Below, one piece after another: positions 1-12,880 of a stretch of 64,000 bases of DNA. The notes under the pieces are model-generated. The model made no database searches. It saw nothing but the letters and a program-made list of their open reading frames with translations, and was not told the origin of the DNA. This stretch comes from Eledone cirrhosa. Lineage: Eukaryota. Made by a program: the position numbers and the translations under genes. How positions within the stretch are numbered: position 1 is the first letter of the stretch; each line of letters starts with the position of its first letter. Where the stretch lies: NCBI GenBank assembly GCA_964016885.1, contig OZ024743.1, forward strand, positions 159,092,001-159,156,000. Direction: 5' to 3'.

Positions 1-930
1 TTGTCCATATCAATAGTCCTGATAGTACAGATGTTATGGAGGCGATGACAGTGGGAGTTCGGTTGTCCTTTCATGTTTGGTTAGGTTACTATTTTCTATT
101 GTATATGGTCTCATCGTCAATGCTTATTAAAATCATATGTAATAAATAAAAAAAATCTAGGTGTTAAAACTTATAAGTATTAAAATTTATAAGTGTAAAA
201 ATTATAATCCAAATTATTTAATACACACTCGCAAACACACATCTATGTATCTCCACACGTACACGCAAATATATACATACATGCACACACACACATATAT
301 CTATACATGCACATACATCCATACATAAACATATCTATGTACACATATATACACATACACACACAAATATGTATACGTACGCACATGCACAGATATATAT
401 GTACCCTTTGGAGGGGTGGAAAAAATAATAGGTACGTCTTATTTACTTATCACAGTTAGTATTGACTTTATGTGCGAAAGGGATTAGGTAGGAGGTAACT
501 TGTACTTCGGAAAACCGGATCACATACCAGGGGCGGGTGGTGAAGCCCAGTGATCAGAAATATGGGGTGCATGGAGATACCCAGGGTAGGATTCTGCCAA
601 CGTATGTTATCTCGTTTATTAGCTAGTGGCTGTTTACTTGCGTTAGAACTAAGGGAGAGAGAAAGAAGAGTGAACCAATGGGATGTGAGGCACGGGCCTA
701 ACTGCTAAGCGTGGCTTTGTCTTTGTGGTGTTTTAAATGCTAGTCGAGACAAGAAGAGTGTAGAGAGGTAAGTGCAGTGGGTGGGGTTGGTGTCTTTGCG
801 ACTCACTGTGTGTGTGGGGGTTGCTATCCATATAGCTAGAGGAAAGTTCCCGTTCTTAGGTGTCTAAATGTACCAAAGAAATCTGCCCAGCAATTGATTA
901 AATCTACTCCACCACTGAGTATTTCGAGTG
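1..930 (-). mobile_element. Probable PLE 3' region (end of GIY-YIG domain plus 3' UTR), running off the window start
   Basis: Minus strand near 855-905 reads LINCWADFFGTFRHLR, resembling the LNxRxE...CRH end of PLE GIY-YIG domains seen elsewhere in the window; abuts PLE fragments. Confidence 0.35.
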
Positions 931-1968
931 TCTGTACAGTCCTCCGCCTAAGCTAAGCTAGGGATCTCGTCCGTTAGGTTACGTAAGAGGTAAAAGCCGA
1001 CAACGTCCGTGATTTGGGCAGACATTTAAACAGACAACATCTGATCCTATAGACACCCAGCAGAGCCTTGACAGGGTAAATGGTGGGCCCGGAATAGATC
1101 TGAGTAACACTAACCGACCCAGACACCTTGTGCAAGTCACAGGGATTGACCGCCCCAACCTACCTAATGGGCACCCCACAGTAAGCATGCAGGGGTTAAC
1201 CACTTCATGCAACTGCAGAAACCCCATCTTATGCCCCCTTAGAAATGAATGCCTAGTGAAAAACCTAGCCTAGTCTACCGATGCAGGGTTACAACCCCCA
1301 ACTCTGAGCATATTTACATAGGGGCCACGTCAACGAACTTCAAGGACAAATGATATAATCACCACCATTCATTTCATGGGACAGAGGCTGAAAATGCCAG
1401 ATCCGCATCCTTCTGGAGGTACTTCCCTAACTTTGGACCAAACCAAAGAGTACGGGGTCTTGCCCAGCTTGAGCTTCCAGATCAGTTCGGAACGGACCGT
1501 ACTTTAACTTTTGTCGATCCCATGAAATGAATGGTGGTGATTATATCATCTGTCCTTGAAGTTCGTTGACGTGGCGCCTATGTAAATATGCTCAGAGTTG
1601 GGGGTTGTAACCCTGCATCGGTAGACTAGGCTAGGTTCTTCACTAGGCATTCATTTCTAAGGGGGCATAAGATGGGGTTTCTGCAGTTGCATGAAGTGGT
1701 TAACCCCTGCATGCTTACTGTGGGGTGCCCATTAGGTAGGTTGGGGCGGTCAATCCCTGTGACTTGCACAAGGTGTCTGGGTCGGTTAGTGTTACTCAGA
1801 TCTATTCCGGGCCCACCATTTACCCTGTCAAGGCTCTGCTGGGTGTCTATAGGATCAGATGTTGTCTGTTTAAATGTCTGCCAAAATCACAGACGTTGTC
1901 GGCTTTTACCTCTTACGTAACCTAACGGACGAGATCCCTAGCTTAGCTTAGGCGGAGGACTGTACAGA
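931..1968. repeat. Inverted repeat, ~450-bp arms (931-1381 / 1518-1968), ~136-bp spacer, PLE-derived
   Basis: Mirror ORFs 979-1227(-) and 1672-1920(+) are nearly identical; arms differ by only a few substitutions. Confidence 0.95.
1201..1381 (+). pseudogene. PLE GIY-YIG endonuclease fragment (mirrored at 1518-1698, minus)
   Basis: SCNCRNPILCPLRNECLVKNL..VYRCRVTTPNSEHIYIGATSTNFKDK*YNHHHSF, with a frameshift and a stop. Confidence 0.8.
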
Positions 1969-2410
1969 GGCGATGCTCTGCTCACAGCCCTCGGACTTAA
2001 CAGCAAAATAGAAATACTACATAAGTGACTTAGTTACTACTTTAAGAACTACGGCCTGACGGTAAAAATAGAACGTAACAATAGGACAGTTAATTTCTTA
2101 GACGTAACACTTAGAAGTAGACACCGGGTTGTACCGACTGTACCATAAACGCAGTGAAAACTTGATGTATGTTAACAGACACTCCACACACCCTAAGAAC
2201 ATTATTAACTCTATAGTTAAGAGTGTATCTAATAGAGTGTGCACCATGTCGGCTAATAGGTCTATTTTCAACCAGCATGCTGAATACTACAACCCTGCAC
2301 TAGAAAAGGCTCGATATAAAGATAAGATCACATACAACGACCAAACTAGCAGTACAACATTATACAATCAACACAGGCCTTTAGCAACACCTGTTGTCAA
2401 TAACCTATGA
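1952..2410 (+). pseudogene. PLE reverse transcriptase fragment (motif C to thumb)
   Basis: GGLYRGDAL...VNFLDVTL...YHK...YVNRHSTHPKNIINSIVKSVSNR; collinear with the RT at 27653-28870. Confidence 0.85.
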
Positions 2411-3364
2411 CATGAGTGCGTGCAATTTTGAGTTGCGTGCCTGAGTGAGTCCAGGCGTGTACCCGTGGGTTGTTTATCATGTGTTTAATAGCTGTTGCCG
2501 AACCTCGACCCGTTGAAAAGTGATCTCGCAGAGACCCAACCGAATCCAGAATATACCATAGACAAAAACATGTTGGTGTGTGAAAAAGAAAATGATGTGT
2601 GTTTGATGAAAAATGTGTATACAGGCATATAATACAGTAAAAAAAAAAATGAACGTTAATATATATAACCTGTAAAAAAAATATTTTAAAATATTTATAT
2701 AATTGTTCTTTACAAAAAGTTTAGTAGTTTCTTCTTTATGTGATCGTTTTCTTGCTAGGAAGCTAGTAGTATTGTCTGTTGTTGTTGTTGGAGATTACGA
2801 AGCACGTGGTGAAGTGTTTGGTAATGAATCGAAACATAAAAGCGAAGTCACTGTAAATATTCCGTAGAATGGAAGTTTGGTGAATAATTTGAAAAAGTGA
2901 AGTGTTATCATATCGTACCATATAGATGAAAAGCTTGGTAATTATATATTGCTGAGAAAGTTGTTGATGTTGGCCATGAAAACATGATCAGAAATATGCG
3001 TATTGTTTTCTTTTTTTAAAATACCACGAATTTTTTTATCACATCGGGTTCACCAATTTAACGAAGGGTATTAGTAAGAAATTGTTAGATGGATTAACAT
3101 GGTTGTTAGATGAAATAAGAAGAATAAATGATTTGCTTTATATATAAAAAGGTTTACTTCATTTCAGTCAAAATATACAATAAAAAAGTTACCACGAGTT
3201 GCGAAGGTTGACAATATTATTTTGTTGTTGGTTCATGAGGCTGGTGTAGTCTGCGACCAGGAGAGAGAAAGAGTAATGGTCTGTAGACCTCTGCGGCCTG
3301 AAGGTAGCGACCTAGAGTTTGACCTTTAGGTGTCACCCAAGGTTCAAGGCGTGGCCAGATCTCG

Positions 3365-3366
<2 letters not shown>

Positions 3367-3442
<76 letters not shown>

Positions 3443-3484
3443 CCATACATATATATATATATATGAGTGTGTGTGTGTGTGTGC
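3367..3484. repeat. (CA)n/(TA)n/(TG)n microsatellite, representative of dozens across the window
   Basis: Direct reading. Confidence 0.99.
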
Positions 3485-4052
3485 ACATGTATATTTATAT
3501 TCCACACTATAAACTGTAGCGGTGTATGGGTAAGCCCACATAGTTAGTTTAGCAATTTTTTCATCTATTTATTTATAGTCTTTTCAAACACTAACCACAA
3601 CCCTTACTTCTTTATAGTACAAATATCCCTTTAAGGATATAGATAGTTTACAACAAAGCCTCACCCCTGACATAGGTTAACCTACTTTTCTGATCTTTTT
3701 CTTCATTTTTCCTTTTTTTTTATTTTCTTTTATTCATCTTCGGCAAACCGCTGACCAACATAACCCCCTCCCCACACCTTAGTACAGCACCGCACTCTTT
3801 CATCTCCCATCACGCATAGCCCATAACTACCTCCATATTCACACACAATTTCGCCACATCACATACACGACACAATGTCCATGAAACAGCCAAAACACCA
3901 CACCCCCGCAACTCACACCAACCATCGCTCCCCACCACCACCACCACATATTCATTATGATCCTTTCTCCACCTAAAACATTCCTTTTACTAAAGGTAAT
4001 GTTATAGACATTTCTAAGTTCTACAGGTTAATTCTGTCATTACCACAGTAGA

Positions 4053-4137
4053 GGTCCGACGAGCTATTGATTCCAGAATCAGGGTAGATCGATACAGATC
4101 GAATCTTGAGCTCATCAATAGTGAAACGCGCGTCATT
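4053..4137 (+). ncRNA. Degenerate type I hammerhead with long stem II (same family as 60369 and 61162)
   Basis: ggt-CCGACGA-gctattgat...atcaatagt-GAAA-cgcgcg-TC-att, then AATAAA at 4142; lies at the end of a C-rich PLE-like 3' UTR (~3500-4160). Confidence 0.65.
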
Positions 4138-4159
4138 ACTCAATAAATGTAATGAAGAC

Positions 4160-5746
4160 AACAACAATAGTGGTGCCGCTGAAAAAGGGACCACCTCTTT
4201 TGCAGGTGTCGCCCGAAATATCGAAACAGTGTTAGTCAAAGAGGAGGAAATGGCAGTCGCAAGGGCCATGGTGACAAGAAGTGCCAATAGAGTCTCCCTG
4301 AAACCTCTACCCGATTTTTTCAAGGACAAGCAGCTACAGACGGTAACTTACCGCACCGTAAGCAAAATGTCACATCGGGTGGAGAGAGCCACGGTGGATC
4401 AAATCCAAAAGGCCTTGGGGTGCGTCTGGGCGCGCAAAAGCCACATCTCCCGAGGCAGAAAGTACGCCACAGTAGACGTACTTTTCGACCCCACCCCAAG
4501 AAACGAAGTCTCACTCTTTGGAAACCCTAAAGAGTGAGGAGATAGTCTTGGTGCCCTCCTACTGCGGGCAGAAAATTGAGAGGGTTAAAGTGAACTCGGT
4601 CCCACCCGACGTGCCCATATCTTGGCTGGCCGCGTCTGTCCTTGCTGGAATCCAGGACAGGACGACCATGCTGCAAGTAGAGAAAATAGAGAGAGAGAAC
4701 TGGTCACGTATAGGCATGCAAATGCTTATAGAGACTGACCAGGAATGTATCGACGCTATCCCCGACATCATAACGTCGAGGAAGGACTCCAACTCCCTAT
4801 AAGTGTGGAAGGAAGACGGCCAAAATGTTATCTCTGTGGGTCAAAGGGTCACCTCAGGGCCTTTTGCCCGCAGAAGACAGCAAACAAGAAGGCCCCTCTC
4901 CTTCCAACACCTGGTCCGCTGCTACAAAGAGCAGGGCAAGCAAGAAACGCATAAGCCCCTTCCACGGTGAGTAGGAGGGCAACATCCGTGGCACCCGTAC
5001 CAAGGCCACGGACAACTAAAGCAGCAGCATCAGTAGCGGAAACACCAGCAGCTACATTTGCAGTAGCTACACCAGCAACAAAATCGCCGGAGAGGGCTCC
5101 ACTACCACCACCATCAACAGCCGTGGAGCACATACCCTTCCCAGACGCCACGGGATCCGACATGGAGTCTGAGGCGGGAGAGAAGTGGCAAAAGGTCGGC
5201 CACAAAAAACAAAAATGAAAAAAACCCTTAGCTTCACCCTCCAAAAGCGAAGACACAGAAAGAGTGGTAAAGGCTGCAAGGAGACTTGCAGTAACACCAC
5301 CACCATCACCATCACCACCACAAGCACCAACGCCAACAACAACCACACCACCACCAGCATCACCAAAAACATCAACAGCGCAAACACAACAAAACACACA
5401 ATCCCAACAGCATCAAGAAGAAAACAGCAACAAAATCAGCCCTCCCCCCAAAAGGTACACAGCCATAAACATGGTAAATAAAGAACTCATACAACATATA
5501 AAGCAGCACACAGACATCACAGAAAAAAACTACTACACCCCACCAACACCAAGAACTCTCCCGACAAACATAAGCATCATTGATATCAAAATATAACAGT
5601 ACAAACTTTTTAAACAAAAATTCCCAACGCAGTTGGAGACTTCGAAGGTCGGTTACCAAGAGGATATACACTGACATCCTCTTGGAAACACCCATGACCA
5701 GCCAAAGGGACGGTTCTACTGTCCCTTCACCACATGACCAAAGTAA
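4160..5746 (+). pseudogene. LINE ORF1 (gag-like, CCHC zinc knuckle), frameshifted
   Basis: RPKCYLCGSKGHLRAFCPQK (CX2CX4HX4C) at ~4817-4875; Pro/Thr-rich C-terminal part; N-terminal part similar to 62420-62750. Confidence 0.8.
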
Positions 5747-5781
5747 GTGACCCTTTTTCACTTGCCTCGTTCTCATCCAAC

Positions 5782-8700
5782 ATGGCCGTACCCAGAATAG
5801 GCAGTATAAATGCACGTGGCCTGGGGTCATCTTGGAAGCAGCGTCACCTGCTCAACGACCTCAGGTCACTAAACATAGATATGGTGGCCATCAGCGAGAC
5901 CAGAATCTCCGAAGCACAAGCCTTCGCACCGATCTTCAGCGGCTACGATATATACGCATCTCCCAGCCGTCCAGGATCAGGGGGAGGGGGGGGGGGGCTG
6001 CCGTCCTTTTGCGGAGAGGCTTGGATCTCGCGATACGGGCCATGTTCCTGGACCCAGAAGGTAAGTCGGTGGTGCCGGACGTGACCGGCTGCGAAGGCAA
6101 TGCTTTCAGGCTGGTAGCCGTCTACGCCCCAACTAGGGCAGAACGGCCAGATTTCTTCAGACGTCTAGAGACCTTTCTTGGAACGTCCCGCTCTTTAGTG
6201 TTAGTGGGCAACTGGAATGGTATCTTGGATGCACGCTGGGATTATGTGAGGCTAGTGGATATGGGAGGAGGGGGCAAGAGCCTCACCAACCTGCTCAGAC
6301 GTTGTTGTACTGTCCGACAGGTATCGACTGGATCACCCGAATGTGCCAATGTGGACATGGACAAACCATATCGGGTAATCCAGATCGTATCTCGATAGGG
6401 TATTCTGCAGGGAACTAGATAAGGCTAGTATAGGTTGTCCACAATTTAAAATAGTCGACTACGCAGACCACAAATTCGTGATCTGTGAGATCGACATAGA
6501 CAGACTTCATAGACAAGGACCCGGTTACTGGAAGCTGAACGCATCTTTCCCGGCGCGCAAAGCCTACAGAGACCGGATTAGCTTATTAGTTAAGCGGGTG
6601 TTGACGAGAGCGGTCGTCAACAACAGGTGGTGTTTCGCCCTGAAAAGGGCAATTAAAGTAGAGTCGATTACGTTTAGCAAAGGACTAGTGATAGACGAAC
6701 ATAGATTAGAGGGAGAGTTAGTCAGAAAGCTAGAAGAGGCGTTTAGGACAGGCATCGCAACCGACGTGCTTCGGCGAGATTGGCACTCGACCAATTCTTC
6801 TACGCAAAACACGAAGGCTGCGTTGTCAGAGCTAGAGCGCGTGCTCTGAAACACGAGGGGACAAAAACCGTCCAATGGGCCCGGGTGGCAGAGGCGCGAC
6901 GTGGCAACAAAGCCACAATTCGGTCTTTGTCTGACCAAAACGGGCGCGTGTTGCTCGAACCCGAGCAGATATGTGAGGTTTTCAGCAGCACTTTACTGAA
7001 CACTTTACAGCACTTTACGGATCGGGGCATGGATTTCAGTGCATACCTCGACGGAGTGCCTCGCCTCTCGACGACCGCAGCACAGGGTTGCGAATAGCCA
7101 ATAACAGCTGGTAAAATACGGGAAGCGATGGCTAACTGCAGGAGAGGTAAATCGCAAGATTTGGTTGGTCTGCCTTATGAGCATTATGCATTCATGCCAG
7201 ACTTGTTCGGTGACCTCTTGGCAGACGTCTACTGCAACTGGCAGCAGAACGGGAGCATTTCCAATTTTGTGAGCTGGGTAGCGGTGGCGCTGCTGAGAAA
7301 AGACCCGAACAAGGGGGATGTTATCAATAACTTCAGAACATAACTCTGCTAAATGCAGAGTTCAAGAATTTGGCCAAGGTGTTAGCAACGAGGTTGGCAC
7401 TTGTCGTCGGGGTCTGGTGGGAGAGGCGCAGACATGCGCCATTCCGGACAGATCCATACACGACAACCTCCACCTCATGCGATACATCGTAGAGAGGGTG
7501 GTTAAGGAACCTGGCACGGGTGGGGCCCTGATCAATTTGGATCAATCAAAAGCATTCGACACGGTCGACCATCGGTACCTGGCAGCGGTCCTCGAGGCAG
7601 CCGGTTTCGGGCCCGTTTTCAGGGGTTGGATCGCTGCGATGGAAAGCGACATCTGCTCAGGTGTGAGGGTGAACGGTCACCTGTCGCAGTCGTTCAGAAT
7701 CATGCGTTCTGTCCGCAAGTTTGTCTTCTTTCGTCTCTCTCGTACGTATTGGCTCTCGAGCCGTTACTGCACAAACTGGGGAAATGAGGGGCGTCCCACG
7801 CGAAGTAGGATGCGGGAAATCCGAGTCGGCTTACGCTTACGACGTCACCGTGGTGGTGTTGAGCACCAAACATCGCTCCGCTCTCAAGGAATACGAAGCG
7901 GTGACAGGAGCAAAGATAAACAAGGGAAAGTCGGCGGGCTTGCAGCTCGGCACCTGGAGAGGCAAGTCCATGCCGTCCGACAGCGTCGTGGGGCGTTGGA
8001 CGGACCGGTTAAATTGCTCGGGGTCTGGTTCGAACCGGACCTCCAGATGGAGAAAAACTGGGGCGAGGTGACGAGCAGGGTGGCCTCCCTCACCATGAAA
8101 TGGGCCGAGAGGAAGCTGTCCCTGGAAGGCCGGGCGGAGGTGGCGAATGCTTACATCGCATCCATCATCTGCTACCGCCTCACCGTCGTCCCTTGCCCCG
8201 GCCCAACTCTCACCAAAATTGTGCGCCTCCTCTTCCGCTTTTTCAGGAAGGGACGCGCTCCCATGGTCAGACGATCCATCTACTGTCAACACCCATTGCG
8301 TGGAGGACTGGGCATGCCATGGCTGATGATGCGCAAGCATGCGCTGAGGCTGCGACATCTCTGGTGCTTCCTTGACTGTGAACAGGTGTGGTCGCCGTTC
8401 GCCAGGCTGTTTTTCCCACAGCTCGTCTCCTTGACGGAGCTGCAGTCCTAGGTCAGGAAAAGACCGAGGAATAGCGCTTGGAAACTGGAATGTCTCCAGG
8501 CGCTCACTACCCTCTGCCAACTAGGCACCAGTAGCGCTGGAACATCCACCTCGCCGTTCTATAGAGGACTAGCGGAGGCGAAGAGCGCCGACGTTCTCGG
8601 AGATATCCTGGGCGTCGAAGAAGTCAGCTGTTTGCTCTCTTCCGGAGAACTTTCAGCCCTGGGCCTATAGATAACTTCCCAAAATCCCTGGCCTGGCAGT

Positions 8701-9181
8701 GCTACCGGGGAGCGTTGCTGGTTCGAGATAAGCTCTACAGGCACGGAATTGCCGTCAGCCGAGCCTGTCCGAGGTGCGCGCAGAGCGACGAAACCGTCAT
8801 GTACGCACTCGCTCAGTACCCGAGCATCGCTGACTCGTGGGGCTATGTCCAACAGTTGCTATCGCGTGTAGGACTGATCCGGTTATCGACTGAGGCCATT
8901 GTGCAGATTGTCTCGCTGTCTTCTTTCGAGGAGGAAGGGCAGGCGGTTATCATCTGTCTGGTGGCCATGGCGAAAGAGATTGTGTGGTGGACAAGATTGG
9001 AAGGATTAAAGACAGACACTATCCTTTCGGCGAATCCCTAATTAACTTTTTCATGTTTCACTTGAAGAAGAAAATCAGGGTGGAGAGGCAAGTGCTGCCT
9101 TCTAGCAAGTTTGTTGAAAGGTGGGTGAATGTAGCGAGAATGGTCCGAGTGAACGGGGCCGCTCTGAATTTACGCCTGTAG
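5782..9181 (+). pseudogene. LINE ORF2 (APE endonuclease, RT, C-terminal Cys motif), many frameshifts and stops
   Basis: MAVPRIGSINARGL, ISET, RLVAVYAP, GYWKLN, LDQSKAFDTVDH, AYAYDVT (YADD-like), GGLGMP, CPRC. Confidence 0.92.
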
Positions 9182-9474
9182 TTTGAGAAATGGAAAAATT
9201 GAGAGAGGGCGCTTGCCCTGGTGGTCAGGGTGGCCGTGGTCTTTTGTGTGGTTTTCGCCACGAGTAACCCTCGGAGGTTCCCTCCTATTGGGGAATTTGT
9301 TCATTGTTTCAATTTTCATTTTTATTGTTTATATATATGTTTCTGTCTTTTTTTCTTTTATTATATAAATAATAAAAATCTTTACACGCACAACACCCAC
9401 ATCGTACCGTTCTGTACCGTCCTGTGCCGTCTGTAATATTTTTTTTGATGTCAGCCCTTGTGGCCAATAAAGAA

Positions 9475-9522
<48 letters not shown>

Positions 9523-12500
9523 GGTCTAAGCGGACGTATTTTGCTCGCTCCCAATAAGTCGCTTTATTTGCCTGTTAAAATTATTTGTTATATATTTCTT
9601 GTTGTGTAAGGGATATAAGCCCTTAGACTTTGCCCTGTGAAGGGGAAAGTATAATATTTGGGCCTTTTGGCCCAAATATTTGAATTTTTTTTACATGTTA
9701 AAACATTTACGGTGAAAAAAAACATGGCTGATTAGCCAGTTCCAACTGTCTGACAGGTACTGACTAGAATTCCCTAATGCACCAGTGTGGACCTGGGCTA
9801 ACCGCATAGGGTCATCTAGATCGTATATAGACAGGATAATTCATTAGGAAAATAGACAGAAATAGTGTAAGCTGTCCACGTTTTGAAACGGTCGCCTATT
9901 AAGATCACAAGTTTGTGATCTGTGTGGTCGACCTAGATAAGACGCGTAGGTTAGGACCTTGTTACTGGAAGCTAAACCTGTCATTTCCGGCACGTAAGGC
10001 TTACAGGGACCAGGTCAACAATTTAGTTAAGAAAAAGTTGACAGGGGGAGTCGTCAACAATAGATGGCGTGGAAAGAGAGATTACAGTAATATCGATAGA
10101 GTTTAGCAAAGAAGTAGCGTTAGAGAAACATAGAAAGGAGGGGTGGTGGTAGATAAGTTAGACGAGGCTATTGGTAGTGGCATTGCAACTGACGTGCTAG
10201 CGGCGAGAATGGCATTAGACCATTTCTTCAATGCGAAACACGAAGGTTGCATTGTCAGAGCTAAGGCGCGTGCTCTGAGAAACGAGGGAACCAAAGCTGT
10301 TCGATGGGCCCGCCTGGCAGAAGCGCAGCGTGGTAATAAAACCACGATTCGGTCTTTGACGGACCGAGACGGGCACGAGCTGAACGATTCCAAGAGGATG
10401 TGTGAGGCCTTTCGCCAACATTTTGCTCGGTTGTTCGGGGGAAGTGGCGGGTCAGAGATGGTGGCGGACTTCAGTCCCTACCTCGATGGCTTGCCGCAAC
10501 TCTCGACGGCTGACGCTGGGCGCTGCGAAAGGCCAACTACTTCAGCCGAGATTCAGGATGTCCTTGTCGGCTGTTGAGGCGCAAGTCACCCGGTTTGGAT
10601 GGTCTGCCCTACGAGCTTTACGCAAATATGCCAGACTTGTTCTCCAATCTCCTCGAAGCCCTCTACTGCAACTGGCAGCAAAACGGTAGTAGTCCCAGTT
10701 CTGTGAGCCGGGGCGTAGTGACGCTGATAAGGAAAGACGAGTACAAGAGGGACACATTAGACAATTTTAGGCCCATAACTCTGCTCAACACAGAGTTTAA
10801 GATTTTGGCCAGGGTGTTAGCGAAGAGGTTGACGCTTGTCGTCGGGGATTTGGTGGAGGAGGCGAAAACTTGCGCAATCACAACCAGGTCCATACACGAC
10901 AACCTCCACCTAATGCGATACATCATAGAGAGTGTAGAGTGTAAACCTGGCTTCGGTGGTGTTCTGATCAATTTTGATCAATCGAAAGCATTCGATAGGG
11001 TCGACTATCGGTACCTGGAGGCTGTCCACAAGGCGACTGGCTTCGGCCCAGTCTTCAGAAGCTGGATCGCTGCAATGCACAGCGGCACCTGCTCCATGGT
11101 CAAAATTAATGGCCACCTCTCGGAACCGTTTCAGGTCTCCCGATCTGTCCGTCAAGGGTGCCATCTCTCCCCCCTTCTGTACGTATTGACTCTCGAGCCT
11201 TTACTGCGGAAGCTGGAGCTGTTGCAGGGCATCCCGCTCGAACCGGGACGCAGAAAGGCTGTGTCGGCTTATGCGGACGACATCACTGTGATGGTGTCGG
11301 AGACCTCAGAAATCGAGGTGGTCGGCAACTTATTGGAGGAATATGAAAGGTTGACGGCTGCAAAACTTAACCCGGAAAAGTCGGTGGGCTTGCAACTCGG
11401 CACCTGGAGAGGCAAGTCCATGCCGTCTAAGAGCGTCGCTAGGCGCTGGATAGACGGTCGGTAAATTTGCTCGGGGTTTGGTTCGGGTCAGACCTCCAGG
11501 TGGATAAGAATTGGGACGAGGTGACGGGCAGGGTAACCAGTCTCACCCAGAAATGGGCTGGGATGAAGCTATCACTGAAAGGTCGGGCGGAGGTGGCGAA
11601 CGCGTACATCGCGTCCGTCATCTACTACCGTCTGACCGTCGTCGCTTTCCCCCGTTCGCGCCTCGCCATCTTGGAGTGGCTCCTCTTCAAATTCTTGTGG
11701 AGGGCTCAGGCTCCGCTGGTGAGGCGGTCCATCTGCTGCCAACACCCTCTACATGGAGGGCTGGGCATGCCGTAGCTAATAATGCGCAGGCACGCGCTGA
11801 GGCTGCGGCATCTCCAGATATTCTGCCTAAACGGTGAACAGGTCTGGTCGCCGTTTGTGAGACGGGCCTTTCCGCAGCTCGTTTCTTTGACTGAGCTGCA
11901 GTCCTAGGTCAAGAAGAGACCGAGACTGGGTGACTGGCATCTGGAATGTTGCCAGGCACTCACTGCCCTCTACCAGGCGGGCAATGCGGTCAGTGGAACT
12001 TCCACTCTCGAGTTCTATAGAGGATTAGTGGTGGGAAGTGAGACGACGCACTCGGAGATGCTCTGGGAGTCAACGAATTCGAACTAACCAGTCTGTACCG
12101 GAGGACTTTCGAGCCGGGGACGATGGATAATTTCCCAAAATCCCTCGCTTGGCAGTGCTACCGGGGGCACTGCCGGTTCGAGATAAACTCTACAGGCACG
12201 GAAGTTCTGCACGCACTTGTCCAGTGTCCGTGCATTAATGACTTGTGGAGTTATGTTAAACAGCTGTTGTCGCGTGTAGAACGGATCCGGCTATCGGCCG
12301 AGTCCATAGTGAAGATCGACCCGCCGCCTTCTTTTGGTCAGGAAGGGCAGGCAATTTTCCTATGTCTAGTGGCAGTAGCGAAAGAGGTTGTAAGGTGGAC
12401 GATGTTGAAAGGAATCAAGACAGACACTTTTCTCTTCGGCCAATCCCTCATCAACTTTTTCAAGTTTCACTTGGAAAGGAAGGTGAGGGTGGAGAGAGAA

Positions 12501-12845
12501 GTGCTTCCCCCCAGTACATTTGCTGAAAGGTGGGTGAATGTGGCGACAATGGCCCGTGTGAGTGGGCCTACTCTGGTCATGCGGCTGTAAGTAGGTAAAT
12601 TTGAGGAGGAGAGGGATGCCCTTCCAGGGTGCTCTCGAAGCGTCTGGTCGTTCAGGACTGGTGGTGTACCTGAGCGAACCCTAGGTGGTCATTTTTGGGG
12701 GCATTTTTTATTGTAATTTTATTGTTACTTTATGTTACTTTGTTATTGTTATTCATATTGTTTACTCGATTTTTCTGTAAAACCCCACTGTCCCAGTCTT
12801 TTGTATTGTCCTCTATATGTCGGCCCTTGTGGCCAATAAATGAAA

Positions 12846-12880
<35 letters not shown>
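9523..12880 (+). mobile_element. Second Tx1/L1-clade LINE, head-to-tail after the first; ORF2 from mid-endonuclease onward, ORF1 absent
   Basis: KSPGLDGLPYE, NFRPITLLNTEFKIL, FDQSKAFDRVD, SVRQGCHLSPLLY, AYADDIT; same gcccttgtggccAATAAA and (ATT)n tail at ~12847-12880. Confidence 0.92.

Larger units (their letters stand above)
4160..9522 (+). mobile_element. Tx1/L1-clade LINE, near full length, decayed
   Basis: ORF1 and ORF2 remnants; gcccttgtggccAATAAA followed by an (ATT)n tail at ~9475-9522. Confidence 0.92.

Noticed and set aside
1340-1360. In-frame TGA in GIY-YIG as selenocysteine (reported for some Naiad PLEs)
   Set aside because: The TGA aligns with a conserved Arg (FKxR) rather than Cys, the copy is otherwise decayed, and no convincing SECIS was seen
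979-1920. Duplicated 82-aa protein MGFLQLHEVV...
   Set aside because: Antisense by-product of the inverted PLE fragment
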